A stretch of DNA of 64,000 bases, taken from the NCBI GenBank assembly GCA_046538485.1, contig JBKHIT010000002.1, positions 1-64,000 of the forward strand, given 5' to 3'. Within the stretch, counting starts at the first letter, position 1. Each line of letters opens with the position of its first letter. Below the pieces are notes generated by a model, which made no database searches, was not told the origin of the DNA, and saw only the letters and a list, made by a program, of their open reading frames with translations. This DNA comes from Candidatus Brocadiia bacterium. Lineage in GTDB: Bacteria; Planctomycetota; Brocadiia; SM23-32. A program made the position numbers and the translations under genes. Of this stretch, positions 9,142 through 18,357 are shown piece by piece.

Positions 9142-9303
9142 GTTAATCCGTTGCCTCCGCTGGCGGGGGCCGGTTGGCTTATGGACCGCGTTCTGAACTC
9201 CAGCCTCCGGTTGAAGTCCAGTCCGCTCGCGGGGATTGAGGCGGGCAAACGTTGGGAAATGCGAGGTAGCTGTAGGTCCGTATCGCCGAGGCGGACCTGC
9301 CGT
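9142..9303 (+). repeat. REP-like modular repeat, family 1, copy 2 (A then B)
   Basis: Near-identical to 1633-1783, with a short extra segment ATTGAGGCGGG. Confidence 0.85.
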
Positions 9304-9436
9304 GCAGTGTCCCGGAGTGGAGCCTCGCCGCGACAGCTCACGCTGCACGCGATCATGAAGTTTGCCAGCGGCGTCTCGGAAATGTAGAGTATAGATACGA
9401 GCAATCCAAACTGAAAACCCCTGACGAGGAGCCGTT

Positions 9437-10810
9437 TTGGTGAGCCTATCGCAGCCAGATATCAGCGCGGTCCTGCTCGGCGGCGGCGACAGCCGCCGGA
9501 TGGGGTTCCCCAAAGAGATGATCCGGGTCGACGGCGAGCCTCTGGCCGTGAAGCAGGTTCGTAAGTTGCAGGAGATTTTTTCCTCCGTGGCCGTTTCATC
9601 CAATCACCCCGGCTACCTCGACTATCTACTGGATTGTCCGATTTGGGAAGATGAACTCGAAGATGCGGGGCCACTCGCGGGGGTTCTGACGGGTCTGCGA
9701 AAGGCTGAAACCGAGTGGGTCTTTTTCCTCTCGTGCGATCTGCCGGCTCTGCCCCTCCCGGTAATGCAGCGCGTTGCCGATAAGGCCGCGGAGACCGATG
9801 CTGACACCGTGGCGATTTACGGCGATGATTTTGTATGCGCGGCGCACCATCGGTCCCTCATCTCCGATCTCGAAGGGTTTTTGGATGAAGGCGTACGCTC
9901 GGTCCTGAAATTTATGGACGGGCGGGAATTCGAGAAATTGTCATTCCCGCAGGTGGAAGATTGGTCATTTCGGGACGTGGACGGGCCGGAAGATTTATGG
10001 ATTTTGGAACGGGTGTTTGAAGAGGTCGAGCCCCTGCCCGTAAAAACTGTGCCCATGCAACGTGTCGGCCGCGAGGGCACCGGGACAGATCAGGTTGTTG
10101 TGGAACGAGCGCTCGCGGTTCGCGTCAACGGGGTGAAAATTGCCACCGTTATGAGCATTCCGAACGCAGGGCGTGAGCTGGCCACCGGACTCGGCTCGTA
10201 TCTCGGTCTCATCGACGGCGCCGACGACCTGAAAAGTCTTGAAGTCGACTATGAATCGGGCAATGTTTCGCTCGAGGTGGAAGCTGATGACGACCGGGTG
10301 GCGAATGCGGTGCAGTTTCTGGTCACTTCGACCTGTGGGGGCAATATTTACGGGGCCGTGCTGGAAGATCTGAAGGAAGCCGGTCGGGGAAAGACCGGAA
10401 AAGTCTCCGCCGACCACTTGCTCGAGTGTTTGCGATCACTCCGTTCGAGATCGCCCATATTTGAACGAACGGGCGGTACGCACCAGGTTGCTTTCACGGA
10501 CGGCGAGCGGATCCGGTATTTTTATGAGGATGTAGGTCGCCACAACGCCCTCGATAAAGTCGTCGGCAAGTCGATTCTGGACGACTATTCGCTCGGGAAC
10601 GGTGCTTTGCTCTGTACGGGCCGGATCAGCACGGAGATGGTTTTTAAAGCCCTGCGGCAGGGCGTGCCGGTGATCGCCAGTAAAGCCGCGGTGACGTCGC
10701 ACGGATTGGAACTCGCGGAGAAATACGGTTTGACCGTTGCTGGGTTCGCCCGCGGCGGACGAATCAACGTTTATAACGCCGGATGGAGAATAACAGGAGG
10801 AAGCCAGTGA
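9437..10810 (+). CDS. mobA-fdhD: Fused molybdenum cofactor guanylyltransferase (MobA) and formate dehydrogenase sulfurtransferase (FdhD)
   Basis: N-terminal half has LLGGGDSRRMG, GPLAGV, SCDLP and DVDGPED. C-terminal half has TGGTH, EDVGRHNALDKVVG, TGRIS and GFARG. Confidence 0.9.
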   Translation: MVSLSQPDISAVLLGGGDSRRMGFPKEMIRVDGEPLAVKQVRKLQEIFSSVAVSSNHPGYLDYLLDCPIWEDELEDAGPLAGVLTGLRKAETEWVFFLSCDLPALPLPVMQRVADKAAETDADTVAIYGDDFVCAAHHRSLISDLEGFLDEGVRSVLKFMDGREFEKLSFPQVEDWSFRDVDGPEDLWILERVFEEVEPLPVKTVPMQRVGREGTGTDQVVVERALAVRVNGVKIATVMSIPNAGRELATGLGSYLGLIDGADDLKSLEVDYESGNVSLEVEADDDRVANAVQFLVTSTCGGNIYGAVLEDLKEAGRGKTGKVSADHLLECLRSLRSRSPIFERTGGTHQVAFTDGERIRYFYEDVGRHNALDKVVGKSILDDYSLGNGALLCTGRISTEMVFKALRQGVPVIASKAAVTSHGLELAEKYGLTVAGFARGGRINVYNAGWRITGGSQ

Positions 10811-11016
10811 CTGAAGAAAAACAGATCGAAGAGGCCGTTCGGGAAGCCGCGCAAGATGGCCGCATAGCCTGTCGGAATGCGCTCGATATCGCCGATCGGC
10901 TCGATGTCGAGGGCCGGCTGGTCGGCAAGACGATCGATTCAATGGGCATCAAAATCGTACGGTGTCAGCTCGGGTGTTTTGGATGGAAACGAAAATCAGG
11001 AGGCGACAACGAATGA
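10807..11016 (+). CDS. Small conserved Cys protein (CQLGCF motif)
   Basis: Its GTG start overlaps the fdhD stop and its stop overlaps the moeA ATG. Motifs GRIAC and GIKIVRCQLGCF. Confidence 0.75.
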   Translation: MTEEKQIEEAVREAAQDGRIACRNALDIADRLDVEGRLVGKTIDSMGIKIVRCQLGCFGWKRKSGGDNE

Positions 11017-12200
11017 TTCCGGTCGACGAAGCATTGTCTCGCGCGCTTGCAGTGGTCGACGTTCTGGATTGCGAAACCGTACCGGTGCATGAATGTCAGG
11101 GGAGAGTGCTGGCGGAAGACGTGTTAGCCCGGATTGATAGCCCTCCGTTCAACAAGGCGGCGATGGACGGATACGCTGTCCGTGCTGAGGATGTTTCTGC
11201 ATTGCCGACTGAACTTCAAGTGGTTGGGGAGGTCTTTGCCGGTGAATTTCCGGACTTTGAGATAGGGAAAGGTGAAGCGGCGGTGATCACCACCGGTGCT
11301 CCTGTGCCGCCGGGAGCAGATATGGTGGTTATGGTGGAACATACTGAGCAGATTGGAGAATCGGGAGTCCGTGTAAAAAAGCTCAGCGGGGGGAATATTT
11401 GCAAACAGGGGAAAGACATCACGGCCGGGTCGACGGTCCTGCGGAAAGGCACCAGACTGGATGTCCTTCACGTCGGCGTGGCTGCGGCGGCCGGGTACCC
11501 TCAGTTGTCGGTCTACCGGCGACCGACAACCGCGATATTGTGCACCGGCACGGAGATTGTAGAGCCGGGGGAGGAAGTCGGAGATGGCCAGATCTATAAC
11601 AGCAACGGCTCGATTCTGCGCAGTTTGCTGAACCCGGTGTCCGAAAAGGTGAAATATCTCGGGACGGTTGGAGATGATCGGGAACGGCTGCTGAATTTGA
11701 TCCAGGAGGGGCTCCAGGAGGATCTGTTCATTATTTCCGGTGGGGTGTCAATGGGACAGTATGATCTCGTTCCTGGCTGTCTGGAAGAGGCGGGTGTAAA
11801 GAAAATGTTTCACAAATGCGCGATGAAACCCGGCAAACCGACATGGTTTGGCTGCAAAGGGGATACGTTGGTGTTCGGCATGCCCGGAAATCCCCTGTCC
11901 TGTTTTGTCGTGTTCCATGTGCTGGTGCGTCCTGTGATCGACCGGATGATCGGGATTGAGGAGTCGGGCGTGGAGTACAGCACGGGCCTGGTAATGGAAG
12001 GTTTTTCAAATAAGGGTAAGCGAGCACACTTCATTCCCGCCAGGCTGGAGGTGGAGGGAGGTGAGGTGCGTCTGAGGCGCTTGCCGCACCACGGCAGCGC
12101 GGATATTATGGGGTCGTCGTCGGTCGAAGCTTTAATATCCCTTCCCGTCGGCTGCACGGGAGTCACTGAAAGTCAGATAGTACGCTTTCTTCCTGTTTAG
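11013..12200 (+). CDS. moeA: Molybdopterin molybdenumtransferase
   Basis: PPFNKAAMDGYAV, TGAPVP, IYNSN, SGGVSMG, MKPGKP and GMPGNP. Start at the ATG at 11013 after AGGAGG. Confidence 0.95.
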   Translation: MIPVDEALSRALAVVDVLDCETVPVHECQGRVLAEDVLARIDSPPFNKAAMDGYAVRAEDVSALPTELQVVGEVFAGEFPDFEIGKGEAAVITTGAPVPPGADMVVMVEHTEQIGESGVRVKKLSGGNICKQGKDITAGSTVLRKGTRLDVLHVGVAAAAGYPQLSVYRRPTTAILCTGTEIVEPGEEVGDGQIYNSNGSILRSLLNPVSEKVKYLGTVGDDRERLLNLIQEGLQEDLFIISGGVSMGQYDLVPGCLEEAGVKKMFHKCAMKPGKPTWFGCKGDTLVFGMPGNPLSCFVVFHVLVRPVIDRMIGIEESGVEYSTGLVMEGFSNKGKRAHFIPARLEVEGGEVRLRRLPHHGSADIMGSSSVEALISLPVGCTGVTESQIVRFLPV

Positions 12201-12213
12201 AGTGCCAGTTGCC

Positions 12214-12624
12214 ATGAAGAACGCCTCATACGGATTCCACCCAGCTGGAGCTCTGGTCGTAGTAACACTTGCTGTTCTTTTTTCGTTTGGTTGTGGGGGA
12301 GAAGAACAAACGGGAGAAGGAACGGGTAAAGTCTCGAATAGAGAGGAGACGTCGTGTTTTGCCGATGGCCGATACGAAGGGGCAGCCGAAGGTTACGGCG
12401 GAAAAGTGGGGGTTGAAATTCTCGTCCAGGGAGGGGAAATTAAGGAAGTAAAAGTCGTGGAACAGTCGGAAAGCATGCCGCAGGAAGCCCTGGAAAAAAT
12501 TCCCGATCGTGTTCTTAAGAAGCAGACGGCGGAGGGTGTGGATGCAGTGACCGGCGCAACGCTGACATCCAGGGCAATCCTGAAGGCGGTGAAGAAAGCG
12601 CTTGAGAAGGCGGAAAAGAAATAG
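12214..12624 (+). CDS. FMN-binding domain lipoprotein
   Basis: Lipobox-like FGC, DGRYEGAAEGYGG, and the flavinylation-type motif VDAVTGATLTSRAI. Confidence 0.85.
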   Translation: MKNASYGFHPAGALVVVTLAVLFSFGCGGEEQTGEGTGKVSNREETSCFADGRYEGAAEGYGGKVGVEILVQGGEIKEVKVVEQSESMPQEALEKIPDRVLKKQTAEGVDAVTGATLTSRAILKAVKKALEKAEKK

Positions 12625-12674
12625 AGAAAGGCTGTCGGGTTATTGATCAACCTAAAAAATTATCAGAAAACGTC

Positions 12675-12703
12675 TTGACAAAAACCATCAGACCAATTAG
12701 GTT
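12675..12703 (+). promoter_or_regulatory. Sigma70-type promoter
   Basis: TTGACA at 12675-12680, a 17-bp spacer, then TAGGTT at 12698-12703. Confidence 0.55.
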
Positions 12704-12709
12704 TTGCAA

Positions 12710-12943
12710 CTGCGTCGAGTGACGCAGATCGGGATCGTACGGTGTACGGTTCTGGTATCCGGTATTTGTTCACATTGAGTTGTGAGCGGGGGGGAGAGCT
12801 GGCTGCGGCGAGTTGTAATGGATGGTTGAGAGTCCATCCATCCGGATCGCTGCTGCTGGTAGACTCTATATTCTTATGACGACTGGCAGATCCTGACCGC
12901 GGACATCGGATGGTTCGTCGGTCGGGAGTGCCCTACAGCGTCG
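12710..12943 (+). ncRNA. Candidate structured RNA or 5' leader of unknown family
   Basis: Four consecutive hairpins start at the predicted TSS, with many G-U pairs that work only on the + strand. Confidence 0.4.
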
Positions 12944-12981
12944 GTAATTGAAGTGCTCCGTCAGTAAAAGGGAGATGTGCC

Positions 12982-13542
12982 ATGAAGCTGGTTTTGCTCG
13001 GTGATAGTATTGCGCAGGGGTATCGCAACCTTGTGGAACAAAAAGCAGGGGACGGTCATGAAGTCTGGGCTCCAGACGAAAATTGCGGCCATAGTTTGAT
13101 GCATCGTGAGAAACTTTATATGTGGTATATCGCTCCGAAGCCGGACGTTATCCATTTCAATTGTGGGATGTGGGATTCGGCGAAGCTGGCTGACGGTGTG
13201 AGCCGTTTTTCGGTGAATACCTACGCGTACAATCTGCGTCTCCTCGTCAAACGCGTGCGTCAGGCAACCGATGCCAAACTGATTTTTGGCACGACGACTC
13301 CGATCTTAATTCCCAAAGATGATACCCCCCCCGAAATGTGTTCGGTGGACACAACGGTCATTAAGTATAACGACACCGCCCGGGAGGTTATGCAAGAGAA
13401 TGATGTTGAAGTCAACGATCTCTTCCAGGCTATCATGGATAATGGTTTCCACGAATGTATCAGCCAGGACAAGTTGCATATGACCGATCAGGGCAACGAA
13501 GTCCTTGCCGATGCGGTCGTAAATGCCGCTTTGGGTGAGTAA
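12982..13542 (+). CDS. SGNH/GDSL hydrolase
   Basis: LLGDSI block I, FNCGMWD block III and DKLH block V. Confidence 0.9.
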   Translation: MKLVLLGDSIAQGYRNLVEQKAGDGHEVWAPDENCGHSLMHREKLYMWYIAPKPDVIHFNCGMWDSAKLADGVSRFSVNTYAYNLRLLVKRVRQATDAKLIFGTTTPILIPKDDTPPEMCSVDTTVIKYNDTAREVMQENDVEVNDLFQAIMDNGFHECISQDKLHMTDQGNEVLADAVVNAALGE

Positions 13543-13606
13543 TAGAAGCGGCTTAAAATGGCGTTGTCCTGTTTTTGGTCCCGGGAATGGGGGCGAAACA
13601 AAAGAC

Positions 13607-13805
13607 GTGAGGGAATTGATCCCCATTCTATTAGCAGCGGTTTTTGGTGCGGCTGGCTGTGGCTCTTCTCGCCCCACCGCAGAGGCAGACGCCGTTTTTC
13701 GAAACCGGCTTCAATTGAACGGAATATGGGAAAGGGCAGTGGGACCAGGAGGAGAGATTCCTGGAAAAGGCTGGGAGAAATGTCGCGTTCCACATCGCTC
13801 CCGGG
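13607..13805 (+). pseudogene. N-terminal fragment of a secreted GH2-like glycosidase, cut off by a repeat
   Basis: Lipoprotein-like signal (LLAAVFGAAGC), then LQLNGIWE...WEKCRVPH as seen at the start of GH2 sugar-binding domains. The frame then runs into the family 1 repeat. Confidence 0.5.
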
Positions 13806-13807
13806 AA

Positions 13808-13954
13808 TTCAGCCGGAGACTGGAGTTCAGAACGCGGTGCATAAACCGACAGGTCTCGGAGCAAAACAGCAGAACGACCAACGGCAGGTCCGCCTCGGCG
13901 ATGCGGACCGACAGCCACCTGGCATTTCACGGCATTTGTCCGCCTCAAGTCCCC
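13808..13954 (-). repeat. REP-like modular repeat, family 1, copy 3 (inverted, order B then A)
   Basis: The reverse complement contains GGTCCGCATCGCCGAGGCGGACC...GAGACCTG followed by ACCGCGTTCTGAACTCCAG. Confidence 0.85.
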
Positions 13955-14302
13955 CTTCGTCCGTCTGAGCGGACTCAGCTGGACTCGAGTCTGCAGGATA
14001 CGTGGTCGAGAAGCGGAGTTGCAAGCTTACAGAATGATTGACACCAGATATGGGGTTTATGTTACAACAATCTGTAAAGACTTTTCCGAAGGAAACTTGA
14101 GGAATTTGCGCCCGGCTCTGTTCGGGAGTCGGTGGCAATCTCAAGCCAGTCCAGCGTTGTCAAACAGGGAAATCACCCACAGCGCAAAGTCCTCGTATGG
14201 GCGGTGTCCGCTTTATTCGCTATCGGCGTTTTGTTACAATCGAGCCCCTGAAGGAAGTTCCTTGCTGGATTCCCCCGAAAAGTTGATGAGCTGGCACCGA
14301 CT

Positions 14303-15586
14303 ATGTCCAATAAGAATCCCATGTCTTTGACCGGAACTGAAGACCGCCTGCCGGGACAATGGCGGTACTGGACTCGTCTGCATGAGAGCGCACGACGATT
14401 GTTCAGACTGTACGGGTACGGGCAAATAAGCACTCCCATTATCGAATACACCGACCTTTTTGTAAAAGGTACAGGCGAAACAACCGATATTGTTGAAAAG
14501 CAAATGTACAATGTCGGTGGAGAGGATGAAGATGATGTAACACTTCGTCCTGAAGGGACGCCCCCGGCGGTTCGAGCTTACCTCGAACGGGATCTGCACA
14601 AACAGCAGCAATTTCAAAAGTTCTGGTATGCCGGTCCAATGTTCCGTCGGGAAAGACCGCAGAAAGGGCGGCTCCGTCAGTTCCACCAGATCGGTGTCGA
14701 GGCGATAGGTGGGGAAAGTGCTCTGCTTGACGCGGAATGTGCGTTGCTGCCCATGGCGCTCTACCGTGATGTGGGCCTTGAGAAATGCCGGCTTTTTGTT
14801 AACACAATAGGCTGTACGCAGTGTCGGCCCGCGTATCAGGAGGAACTGCGCGTTCGTTTGACAGAAAGACGCGAGGAACTTTGCGAAAATTGTCAGAGCC
14901 GGCTTGACCGAAATGTGCTGAGAATCCTGGATTGTAAAAACGAAGACTGCCAGGAAGTGGTTTCAGGCTTGCCGGTGATCGATGAGTTCTTGTGTGATAA
15001 CTGCAAAGAACATTTTGACACTTTTAAGGCAACCCTTGATGAGAACGGAGTCGATTATGACGTGGACCCGTTGCTGGTTCGGGGGCTGGATTATTACACG
15101 CGGACGGTTTTTGAAATCAAGCATCCGGGTCTTGGGGCTCGTGATACGATTTGCGGAGGAGGACGTTACGACGAATTGGTAGAATTATTGGGGGGCCCGT
15201 CTCTGCCCTGTGTAGGATTTGCGATGGGCGTTGAAGCGTGTCTTCTTGCCATGGAGTCAGAGCTGGGAGTTGATCGGTCCGGTGGAGTCGCTCCTTGGGT
15301 TTACGCTATCAGTTTCGAAGATAGTGCGCGGCAACCGTGTTTCTCGCAGGTGCAAAAGCTCCGGGAACATGGTGTGCCAGCGGAAATGGATTTCGAGCAA
15401 CGAAGCGCGAAAGCTCAGATGCGTATGGCGGATCGGCTTGGTGCTCAATACTGTTTTTTAATCGGCGAACGGGAGCTCCAGCAGGAGGAGGTTCTCGTGA
15501 AGGATATGGAAAGCGGCGACCAGTGGAATGTCTCCTGGGATCAAGCCGCCGCAGAAATGGCGGATCTTTATGAGCCGTCGGAGTGA
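14303..15586 (+). CDS. hisS: Histidine--tRNA ligase
   Basis: LRPEGT, FRRERPQKGRLRQFHQ, LVRGLDYY and GGGRYD. Confidence 0.97.
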   Translation: MSNKNPMSLTGTEDRLPGQWRYWTRLHESARRLFRLYGYGQISTPIIEYTDLFVKGTGETTDIVEKQMYNVGGEDEDDVTLRPEGTPPAVRAYLERDLHKQQQFQKFWYAGPMFRRERPQKGRLRQFHQIGVEAIGGESALLDAECALLPMALYRDVGLEKCRLFVNTIGCTQCRPAYQEELRVRLTERREELCENCQSRLDRNVLRILDCKNEDCQEVVSGLPVIDEFLCDNCKEHFDTFKATLDENGVDYDVDPLLVRGLDYYTRTVFEIKHPGLGARDTICGGGRYDELVELLGGPSLPCVGFAMGVEACLLAMESELGVDRSGGVAPWVYAISFEDSARQPCFSQVQKLREHGVPAEMDFEQRSAKAQMRMADRLGAQYCFLIGERELQQEEVLVKDMESGDQWNVSWDQAAAEMADLYEPSE

Positions 15587-15631
15587 TGGTAAAAATAGTC
15601 AAGAAGATCCTATTTTGTGGAGAGTAAGGGG

Positions 15632-16411
15632 ATGACAAACGGAAACGTCGGCAAACTGATTTCTCAGCTTGAAAGCTTCCGAACCCGAAGCGAGGCGATC
15701 CAACAGTTGGTGGGAATGGGCTCCGATGCCATTGAACCACTGATTGAGGCGCTTCATGAAGTGAAACAAGAAGGACCGCGGTGGGCGATTATGCGATGTC
15801 TCGGCCAACTGAAGGCTGAGAAAGCCGTCGGACATATTGCTCCGTTGCTTGAAGACCGACAATACCGGACGGTGGCTCATGACGCGCTTGTCGAGATTGT
15901 GGGTGAAGATTTGGGCCCGGCTCCCCAGCCCTGGCTCCGCTGGACGCGCGAGGCCAGTGTCGGTGGGGGCTCGAGACGAGTCTACGAACCTCAGATGCAC
16001 ATGACCGGCCTGCCAGACGAGCGATTACTCCAGCTTGCTCTCACTGACTGTGATGCCGAATGGTATGAAAAGGCAGCCGGCCACTACGAGGTGATCCTGG
16101 AAGGAGAGGGAGAAGATGGATCGCAGACGATCACTGCGAATTTGACGGAGGATGACCACGAAGATTCGGCGATCGTCATTGTCTATGCTCAGTGCGGCCC
16201 TGCCAGAGAAGAGCATTACGAATATGCGTTGAAACGCAATCTGCGCATGCCATACGGGGCATTGGCTGTGCGCGGCTCTGGCGATGAAGCAGAGTTTGTT
16301 ATGTTCAATACCCTGTTGAGAGAAGACATGAGTCCTCTGGAGCTGAGAAAAAGTATTCTTGCCATTGCAAGTCGTGCCGCACGCGTTCGGCGCGATCTGG
16401 AGTCAGACTGA
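15632..16411 (+). CDS. HEAT-repeat protein with a C-terminal YbjN/CesT-chaperone-like domain
   Basis: N-terminal HEAT-like helices (AIEPLIEAL, RWAIMRCLGQLK). C-terminal YALKRNLRMPYGALA...LSPLEL-like segment. Confidence 0.65.
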   Translation: MTNGNVGKLISQLESFRTRSEAIQQLVGMGSDAIEPLIEALHEVKQEGPRWAIMRCLGQLKAEKAVGHIAPLLEDRQYRTVAHDALVEIVGEDLGPAPQPWLRWTREASVGGGSRRVYEPQMHMTGLPDERLLQLALTDCDAEWYEKAAGHYEVILEGEGEDGSQTITANLTEDDHEDSAIVIVYAQCGPAREEHYEYALKRNLRMPYGALAVRGSGDEAEFVMFNTLLREDMSPLELRKSILAIASRAARVRRDLESD

Positions 16412-16444
16412 ATCCCCTGGAATTGAAAGAATAGCGGAATTCCT

Positions 16445-18205
16445 GTGTTGAAAAGAACCCATTATTGCGGAGAACCCCGTCTTGACGATCTCGGTCAGGA
16501 AGTAGCGGTTAGCGGCTGGGTCGCAAACTGGCGCGACCACGGCGGCCTTGTTTTCATTGACCTGCGTGACCGAACGGGTGTCGTCCAGGTGGTTTTTAAC
16601 CCTGAGGAAGATTCCCAACTGCATACGCGGGCCAGCGGCTTGCGTAGCGAGTACTGTGTGAGCGTCTCCGGAGACATTTCCGAGAGACCGGAAGGAATGC
16701 AAAACCCCGATCTCCCGACAGGGAAAATCGAGCTGCGTGCTACAGAACTGGAGATTCATAGTTCGAGCGAGCCCCCACCGTTCGACGTTGATAACCCCGG
16801 AGAAGTGAGCCTTGAGGCGCGGTTGAAACATCGTTTTCTTGACCTGCGACGTCCGGAAATCCAGGATGTTTTTGTGAAACGGCACAGGGTTTTGCAAATT
16901 CTTCGGCGGTACTTCGACGATAATGGTTTTGTGGAAATAGAGACGCCGTTTCTTACGAAGAGCACCCCTGAAGGCGCGCGGGATTACCTCGTCCCGAGCC
17001 GGACGGTGCCCGGATCCTTCTACGCACTGCCTCAGAGCCCCCAACTTTTCAAGCAGATCCTCATGATCGGCGGTATGGACCGTTATTTTCAGGTGGTGAA
17101 ATGTTTTCGCGACGAGGATATCCGTGCTTCGCGTCAGCCGGAATTTACTCAGATCGACATGGAAATGTCTTTTGCTGACGAAAGTGACGTTATGTCGTGC
17201 GTCGAGGGTTTGATGCAGGAGATTTTTGCTGAAATTCTGGATGTAACGGTTGATCTCCCCCTGCCACGGCTCAGTTATCATGAGGCTTTCGACCGGTATG
17301 GCACCGATGCGCCTGATCTTCGTTACGGATTGGAAATCGGTGATATCAGTGAAATCGCCGTCAAATGCGAGTTCAATGTCTTCCGGCAGGCCGTGGAATC
17401 AGGCGCCAGCGTTCGGGGAATCTGTGTCCCGGGCGGGGAAGAAATGACTCGAAGCGAAATCGATGGGCTAATCGAATGGGTGAAACAATTTGACCTGCCA
17501 GGTCTGGCCTGGTTCAAGTTGACCGATGGTGGGGCGACAGGTGGGGTTTCCAAGTTTTTCAGCGACGAAGAGATCGCTTCCATTATCGAAACGTTCGATG
17601 CCCCGGACGGGAGTCTTTTCCTTTTTGCCGCGGCACCACGCCAGAAAGGGGATACGGCGCTTTCGCATTTGCGTGAACACCTGGCGGAAAAAATGCAGAT
17701 GGTGTCGGCCGACGAATACAGGCTTTGCTGGGTGGTGGATGCGCCGGCGTTTGAAGAGGATGAGGAAACGGGTCATCTTACTTTTCCTCACCATCCTTTT
17801 ACGGCTCCCTATGATGACGATATTGATATGCTGGATTCTGATCCTACTTCGGTCAGGACACGGTCGTACGATCTTGTGCTCAATGGGGTCGAACTCGGAG
17901 GCGGGAGCGTCCGTATTGCGGATCCGGCGTTGCAAATGAGGATTTTCCGGATTCTGGGTTATACAGAAGATGAAGTGGAAGAACGGTTTGGTTTCTTCAT
18001 GCGAGCCCTGCGTCACGGTCCGCCGCCACATGCCGGGGTGGCTCTCGGATTGGACCGGGTTATCTGGAAGATGCTGAATGTTGAGGATATCCGGGAGACC
18101 ATTGCATTCCCGAAGACTCAACGGGCAGTTTGTATGCTTACCGGTGCCCCGTCGGAGGTCAGCAAAGACCAGCTTGAAGAGCTGGGCTTGAAGATCGATC
18201 GGTGA
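16445..18205 (+). CDS. aspS: Aspartate--tRNA ligase
   Basis: RTHYCG, RDHGGLVFIDLRD, STPEGARDY, LPQSPQLFKQ and GLDR. The His in RDHG suggests the non-discriminating type (inference). Confidence 0.97.
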   Translation: MLKRTHYCGEPRLDDLGQEVAVSGWVANWRDHGGLVFIDLRDRTGVVQVVFNPEEDSQLHTRASGLRSEYCVSVSGDISERPEGMQNPDLPTGKIELRATELEIHSSSEPPPFDVDNPGEVSLEARLKHRFLDLRRPEIQDVFVKRHRVLQILRRYFDDNGFVEIETPFLTKSTPEGARDYLVPSRTVPGSFYALPQSPQLFKQILMIGGMDRYFQVVKCFRDEDIRASRQPEFTQIDMEMSFADESDVMSCVEGLMQEIFAEILDVTVDLPLPRLSYHEAFDRYGTDAPDLRYGLEIGDISEIAVKCEFNVFRQAVESGASVRGICVPGGEEMTRSEIDGLIEWVKQFDLPGLAWFKLTDGGATGGVSKFFSDEEIASIIETFDAPDGSLFLFAAAPRQKGDTALSHLREHLAEKMQMVSADEYRLCWVVDAPAFEEDEETGHLTFPHHPFTAPYDDDIDMLDSDPTSVRTRSYDLVLNGVELGGGSVRIADPALQMRIFRILGYTEDEVEERFGFFMRALRHGPPPHAGVALGLDRVIWKMLNVEDIRETIAFPKTQRAVCMLTGAPSEVSKDQLEELGLKIDR

Positions 18206-18304
18206 TGCATTTGCCCAGTTTTAGGCCCGAGGTTTACTGCAAAGGTCTGTATTTCTGAAACAGTCTGGCCAAAATAGGGGATGTCGTTGATACGGCTTTC
18301 CATT

Positions 18305-18339
18305 AAAAAAGTGGCCCTGTGATGGCCGGGCCACTTTTT
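18305..18339. terminator. Bidirectional intrinsic terminator
   Basis: AAAAAAGTGGCCC...GGGCCACTTTTT lies between convergent genes. Confidence 0.8.
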
Positions 18340-18357
18340 GTTTGAGAAGATTTGGGG

